Assembly (NCBI GenBank): GCA_001599295.1
Contig: BCGN01000012.1
Span: 1-64,000 of the forward strand
Reading direction: 5' to 3'
DNA: 64,000 nt
DNA from: Sporopachydermia quercuum
Lineage: Eukaryota
The notes under the pieces are model-generated. The model was not told the DNA's origin. It saw only the letters and a program-made list of their open reading frames with translations, and searched no databases. Every line of letters begins with the position of its first letter. Positions within the stretch are counted from its first letter, which is position 1. The translations under genes and the position numbers were made by a program. Positions 58,427 through 64,000 of the stretch are shown piece after piece.

Positions 58427-60574
58427 TCATATTGTTGAAAGCCACTGGTTGTAACTCTCAATTTCAGCTGACAATCTAGGTGACCAAGAATAGGCTAAAG
58501 AACCATCTGGTAGTTGACATTTGCTCTTAAACAAAAACCCCAAGTAATAAGCATGGTAAGGAAAATATAACATTGCATGNCCTCGTTCAATGACACTTCT
58601 AGACGGATTATTGGTGTTTTCAAAAAACTCCTTAGCACCATCAACAACCCAGTGGAGATACTCATAATACGGATCAGATGTAGATGAATTAGTAGAACTG
58701 TTGAATATTTGTATGTCATTCACGTATACTATCTCTGACTCTGAAAACGGCAGTGCTATTGCGTCAATATATGAAATATTATACTTCATTCTGCATGCAA
58801 TCATGAATCTCTGGTAATGCAAATGATAGGCAAGCCTGGGATATTCAGCATTTGTTCTATGATCGCCTGATCTTTGCACAATCTTAATAAGATTCTGGAT
58901 AGTGTCATTGTGATAGTCAGTATTCATATCCGCAGAATCAAAGTATCTTCGCATTGGAAGAGAATTCAGTCTCAGGGCAACATGTTTGGAAAATTCCAAA
59001 GAAAATAGATCACTTTCCTCCAGTTGGTCTTCCAGAAACTTGATATACTTTATGTTTTCTATTGGCCTGATTGAATCTTCAGAGATCTCATCTTCAGTCT
59101 TATTATCTGCAATTTTGTACATAGCTAGTTCCATTAGTACAATCAAAAGGTGTCCTTGATAATCGGGCTCAGCTACTGTTGGAGAGTTCTTCCTAAATGG
59201 AAAATTGATAAACAGAAACCATAGCGATTCATAGTCCTCTTTCTCTTCCGGAGGCCCAAGAGCAGAACGCATTTCTAATAAATATTTAAAATAGTACTCT
59301 AAGTAATTTTCCTTAATTAAAGAAACTTGGATTTGTCTTTTGAGTAAAAGGTGTACTGTCCAGTGGAACAGTGTNTTAATGGAAGCACTGTGTATATATG
59401 CTGTATCCTTCTTATTTGATGTTGATCTTCCTTTGGCCGACAATTTTAACTTCTCCAATAACGATGATTTATGCATTAAATACAAATTCGCACCTTTAGT
59501 TTGGAAATAGGAAAATCCTTCTCTAAAAGTGCTATCTTCGACTTGGAGACAATAGAAATCCCCAGGCCCCAAATCAACAATTCCAGCGGAAATTGGCCGT
59601 CTAAACGGACTTTTGTCATTGAACATGCAACATAGATAATGCAAAATCAAAATCATAAGCGAAAGTGAAGGAAATCTACCGCAACCAGGGTAGATTGTTC
59701 TTAGGGGAAAATAGATCCAGTCTTCATCAATAAGATCATACGAGTTTATGGGTGATGATTCATTTGGCAGGGTTAGGCCGTTAAATCTTGTGAACTTATC
59801 AAACAACCGACAAACTATCATCGAAGCTGTGATTGTAATATCATTGGCCATTTCATTAACCACATCATCGACAACTTTAGCACATATTCCACGAAATCTG
59901 TCAAACAATTTGAAGTACAGCAAGTCATTTAAGAAGAATATCTTGACTAATGATTTTGAAGCATCAAACTTTGACATATTTGAGTTATTATCCAATTCTT
60001 GCATCTGCCGCTGGTATCGATAATGTTTTAGCAGTCTTATAGTCTCTCTGACTACGCATTTTTCACGAATGGCAGTCAATATGCCTATACATAGCCTTAT
60101 TAATGACAAATTGTCATCCACAACGTTCATACTGGTATAAACTGCCCGTCGGCTGATTTNGTTTGAAGAAAGAATATATTCCTCTGATTGAAAGCTCAGT
60201 TTCCTGAGTAACGGTATAATTTTGAATCCTTTAGACCATATCTTTCTCTTTACTTCNTTTATAACCTCTAATTGTTTAGCGTTAACAGCATCATCTAGTA
60301 AAGCTTTCACTTGACTATCGATCTTCTTCCTTTCAAAATATTCTATCATCAGATTTTTCACATTCGAAGGATACCCTTCTCCACCTGCACTCTCTTCAAA
60401 AAAATACTCATCGTCCAATCTAAACCATTCACCATAACAATATTGATACCATATTGGATTTCTAGATATGTCTTTATAAAGATACTTACAAGTTAAAGCA
60501 CAATGGAAAACAGTACGAGGATCCAAATTCTGGAAAATCAGATACTGAACTTCCGTCGGTAATGCTAGAAACAT
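58427..60574 (-). CDS. F-box protein, possibly a diverged FBXO21/transglutaminase-core-like type
   Basis: F-box at the first ATG (60574): MFLALPTEVQYLIFQNLDP..VFHCALTCKYLY...W. The remaining roughly 650 aa are not confidently assignable. Confidence 0.8.
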   Translation of the reverse strand: MFLALPTEVQYLIFQNLDPRTVFHCALTCKYLYKDISRNPIWYQYCYGEWFRLDDEYFFEESAGGEGYPSNVKNLMIEYFERKKIDSQVKALLDDAVNAKQLEVIXEVKRKIWSKGFKIIPLLRKLSFQSEEYILSSNXISRRAVYTSMNVVDDNLSLIRLCIGILTAIREKCVVRETIRLLKHYRYQRQMQELDNNSNMSKFDASKSLVKIFFLNDLLYFKLFDRFRGICAKVVDDVVNEMANDITITASMIVCRLFDKFTRFNGLTLPNESSPINSYDLIDEDWIYFPLRTIYPGCGRFPSLSLMILILHYLCCMFNDKSPFRRPISAGIVDLGPGDFYCLQVEDSTFREGFSYFQTKGANLYLMHKSSLLEKLKLSAKGRSTSNKKDTAYIHSASIXTLFHWTVHLLLKRQIQVSLIKENYLEYYFKYLLEMRSALGPPEEKEDYESLWFLFINFPFRKNSPTVAEPDYQGHLLIVLMELAMYKIADNKTEDEISEDSIRPIENIKYIKFLEDQLEESDLFSLEFSKHVALRLNSLPMRRYFDSADMNTDYHNDTIQNLIKIVQRSGDHRTNAEYPRLAYHLHYQRFMIACRMKYNISYIDAIALPFSESEIVYVNDIQIFNSSTNSSTSDPYYEYLHWVVDGAKEFFENTNNPSRSVIERXHAMLYFPYHAYYLGFLFKSKCQLPDGSLAYSWSPRLSAEIESYNQWLSTI

Positions 60575-62079
60575 ATCGGNAGCTTTTTGTAGTTGATGGT
60601 TAGCTATTGTTATATCGTCATTGTTGAACAATTATAATGCAGGTTTGTTCTAATGCTTTTAAAAAAAGACCTCAGTAGTGCAAGAAAGAGTGTCCGTAGT
60701 TTTGCTATTAGAGAGAAATAGAGACTGTCTCAGGGCAATTAGAAGGTAATATACAGATGGCTTCCTGATGTTCATTGATCTTCAATGAGAATCTTGTTGA
60801 AAACCTTTGCAAAATATACAAGAGAGGAATTTGTCAATACAGACCTTGTTGTATGTTTGGAGTTTTGATCAGGTTAAGCTGATCCAATGCGCAAATAGCA
60901 GAAATTTGTGGTTGAAAATGTAAGGTTTAACCTAAGACACTCGATCTGGAGATAAAGTTTAATGAAGAGATTAACATTGTCTCTGCCACTGCTGAAATCC
61001 TGTACTTAACATGAATATCATTGTCTCATCTTCTCGGAATCTTATGATCTCTCTATATTCAAATGGGTTTATTTGAGGAGTGAGCTGTAGTTCTGGTATT
61101 TGCTTTTTGCTTTGACAATGTAGTGAAGAAATGTTCATGTTCAGCAATGAACATGAATTTTAGTTGGTTCTAAAATATTCAGAGTTTATAAAACCAAAAC
61201 TCTAAATTGAAGACTGGTCAGCAGTCTCGACAGTTCGTATAGTTTTTAAACATAGGAAAGAAAGAAAAAAAGATTGCATATAACGGACTTTCAAGTAGTA
61301 AAGGTCAAAATCATCAAAAAAAAAGAAAGGAAAAAAAAAGGAAAAACGACCTTAGCGGCTAGTATTAGGAGAAACAATTTAATCTTTGAGATTTTCCTTA
61401 TTAATAGAAGAATATGCATGTGTGCCTTTAAGGTTCTAAACTGATTTTAACTCAATTCGAGGAACAATCCTGGCATGATGAATTCTATCATATACTGTTG
61501 AGTCAGAAAATTTTCATCCTTAAATTCTTTTATATTTACTATTTCTTTGTAAAATCAGATTTTAAAATATTCAATCGATTATGAAAACAAAGAATCAAGA
61601 GGAAGTTTAACGCTATTTAAAGTTATAACCCTACACCGTTTCTATGGATCCCTTACATCTGAATCAAACCTACAATTTTTTTGATGATTTAATGTATTTT
61701 TGGAACGACTTATAAATGCCGGAAGAACAGCTCAAAACTAGGAGAAACTGGCATGACTAATGAATTCCAAAAGCGGACTGATCACTTATAATAATACGCA
61801 AAACAATTTTATCCCTTTACAATAACACTCAGACACGAACCTCGATCAAGTAAAGCTTTTGTTTACTTGTCATGCATCTTCATGCGTAACCACCTTATCG
61901 ACTAGTAGATATCACATGACAACAACGCGAATCTCGCTTTTCACCCTTTCTTCTTGATCAACAGTAACTAACCATTGATAGCTATCAGTTGCTTGTCGTG
62001 TTCTTCCCATCGTTTTTGAATTGTGCTCTAGGCCATTTGAAACCATTTCAATACCTTTGACAGAGAATAGCACTCCATC

Positions 62080-63848
62080 ATGGCCACTTTTGACTCGTCT
62101 AAAGGTATCCTCAACACTATACTACAACAGGAGGCCATTACTAACATCACACCTAGTTCAACTTACATTCTATTGGGATCCAATCCAGACGTTCAAAAGC
62201 TATTTCTGGATAAAACACTAGGAAAAGAAGTTGAAGTGGCGAACAGCTTAGGATTGGGGTATGGGTATAAAGTCTTCAAAGATAGTGATAGTTCTCAAGT
62301 AATACATACAGTAGATATCCATACAGTGACAGACTCAAGTATATCAAAGCCAGAATATCAGAAACTTCTTCAAGTATACCTAAAAGAAAAGGAGAAAGCC
62401 AATTACGGTGAAGTTGATGCTCAAAATGATTTCACAGTACAAAATTATCAGAAACCGGTGACATTGGCTGCAACAATCATATTAAACTGGGATAATGTCA
62501 GTGATTGGCTGAAGATAATCGATCAAGACATCAAATTCTTAAAAGGTTGTCTCTCTAAGCTATCTCCAGAAATTACAGATAGAAACAATAAACAGAGTAA
62601 GTTATCGTGAACTTGATTGTAGCTAGGTTTTCAGAAATTCATGTCTAAGCAACTTTGTCGCTTCTCGCTATATATCTGAAGATATCCCAACTGTCAACTT
62701 CATACTAACGACTCCTTTACCTTTTACCTTTTTTTCCTTCTCATTTTAGTTGAAAATAAATTTAGACAAAAACACTCAGAAGATTTAAATACACCTTTAG
62801 TTGAAAAAGCTATACAGAATTACGAATTTCCCTTAGACGATGGACAAGCAGTAGAACTGTTGGGTATACCGTTGAACATCATAGTAATGAGAAACCTGTC
62901 AACAAAGTATTCTAGACAACAGGCTGACGACTATCCAAGCTGGAGTTTTGAAACATTCGAATATATCCAGCAAGTAATACGCACTATATGCTTATATTAT
63001 GGTGGATCACTTGCATTTTACTCACATGAATCCTCATTTGAATGCGAAGAGGTCCAACATTTGATTCTTGAAATGTTAAATGCGTCAGCTGTAAATTCCA
63101 ATGATATACTAGATAAATCAAAACCTTCTTTAAAACAGGTTGCCACCAGTGATAAAACCATTATACCAATTGGCTGGGATTCTTATGGGAAAATTAAGAC
63201 ACTAAATTCAAGCTTTGATTGTTCTGAGATCCAGACATTATGGAAAAGGTATATTCAGGATAACGACAATACACTGTTAATGGAGTACTGCGATAAGGTG
63301 CCAAAGAAAGTGACTGAGGAATCAGAACCAGAAATCAAACCATTGGAATCATTTGTACTAAGGTATCAATCTGTTCTGAGAGATTTATATGATAAACAAG
63401 ATAACACGGTATCAAATAAACCAATAGAGGAACCAACTGATTTTCAATGGGAGTCAGAAAATTTCCATTTAGGTGAAGAATCTGGTGTTCAAGTTAATGT
63501 CAATGGTGAAATTACAACTGCTGAACAAATATTAAAAAGGATAAGGGTATGTAGAATGAACTTGATGTTACTATAAATGTTGACGAAATGGCTATAATGG
63601 AATTAGAGTCAATTCGAGTTGTTAATCTTGTTCACTAACATTTTTCTTCCGAATAGGAGTCATCTGCCTTCACACCAACATCTCTACAACAGGATGAAGA
63701 AGATGAAGGAGAGCAGCGAGAAGCCCAGGAGAATATTGAAACGTACAGTAGTGCTAGCAACTCAGAATCAGTAATCCCTGACGAGAAAAGCAAAGAAGCG
63801 CTTGCAGAATTTTTCCAATCATTAGCCAAAAAGAATAATAGTCAGTAG
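62080..63848 (+). CDS. DYN3: Cytoplasmic dynein light intermediate chain (three exons, about 501 aa)
   Basis: Exons 62080..62596, 62750..63546 and 63657..63848. Introns are GTAAGT..TACTAAC..TAG and GTATGT..CACTAAC..TAG, both frame-preserving. DLIC motifs VANSLGLGY, EYIQQVIRTICLYYGGSL, IPIGWDSYGKI and C-terminal LAEFFQSLAKK. Confidence 0.88.
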
Positions 63849-64000
63849 ATGAGTATTAACCGTTTGGAGTAAATACTATGGAATATATAATGAATGTGTT
63901 TGCGAGGAATAGGAATCTAAATTGTAGTAGACCACGGTGTACTGACAAAATCAAAGTGTTGTGAGGGGCAAGTCACTCTTGTAAACTTCTACACTATTGT

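Noticed and set aside
1..64000. Prokaryote-type systems (CRISPR, operons, defence islands), transposons and inteins
   Set aside because: The sequence is eukaryotic. I saw no spaced repeat arrays, no gag/pol or transposase ORFs, and no intein motifs.

Overview
AT-rich nuclear DNA from a budding yeast (Saccharomycotina). CUG decodes as Leu at conserved positions. The window holds about 19 protein genes and one tRNA-Asn(GUU): a partial SSP1/Meu14-like BAR gene, SDH1, RPC25, RPT1, pyruvate kinase, REV1, ACS2, an FLC/TRP-family channel, RPP0, an Rsc7/Swp82-family subunit, an AAF1-like Myb protein, IMO32, an orphan, MTO1, CENP-T, ECO1, ADE4, an F-box protein and dynein light intermediate chain. It is intron-rich for a yeast: I could reconstruct 11 spliceosomal introns in 8 genes by hand, which corrects several ORF-track calls. 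I see no transposon, CRISPR array or new multi-gene system. The best leads are: a perfect 30-bp palindrome in an AT-rich gene-free interval; weak splice donors on meiosis/kinetochore genes; a dynein LIC whose adaptor-binding helix sits on its own terminal exon; a 5'-UTR intron abutting the ADE4 ATG; intronic regulatory motifs in PYK and ACS2; and an altered P0 C-terminal motif. All homology calls come from motif recognition, not database searches.
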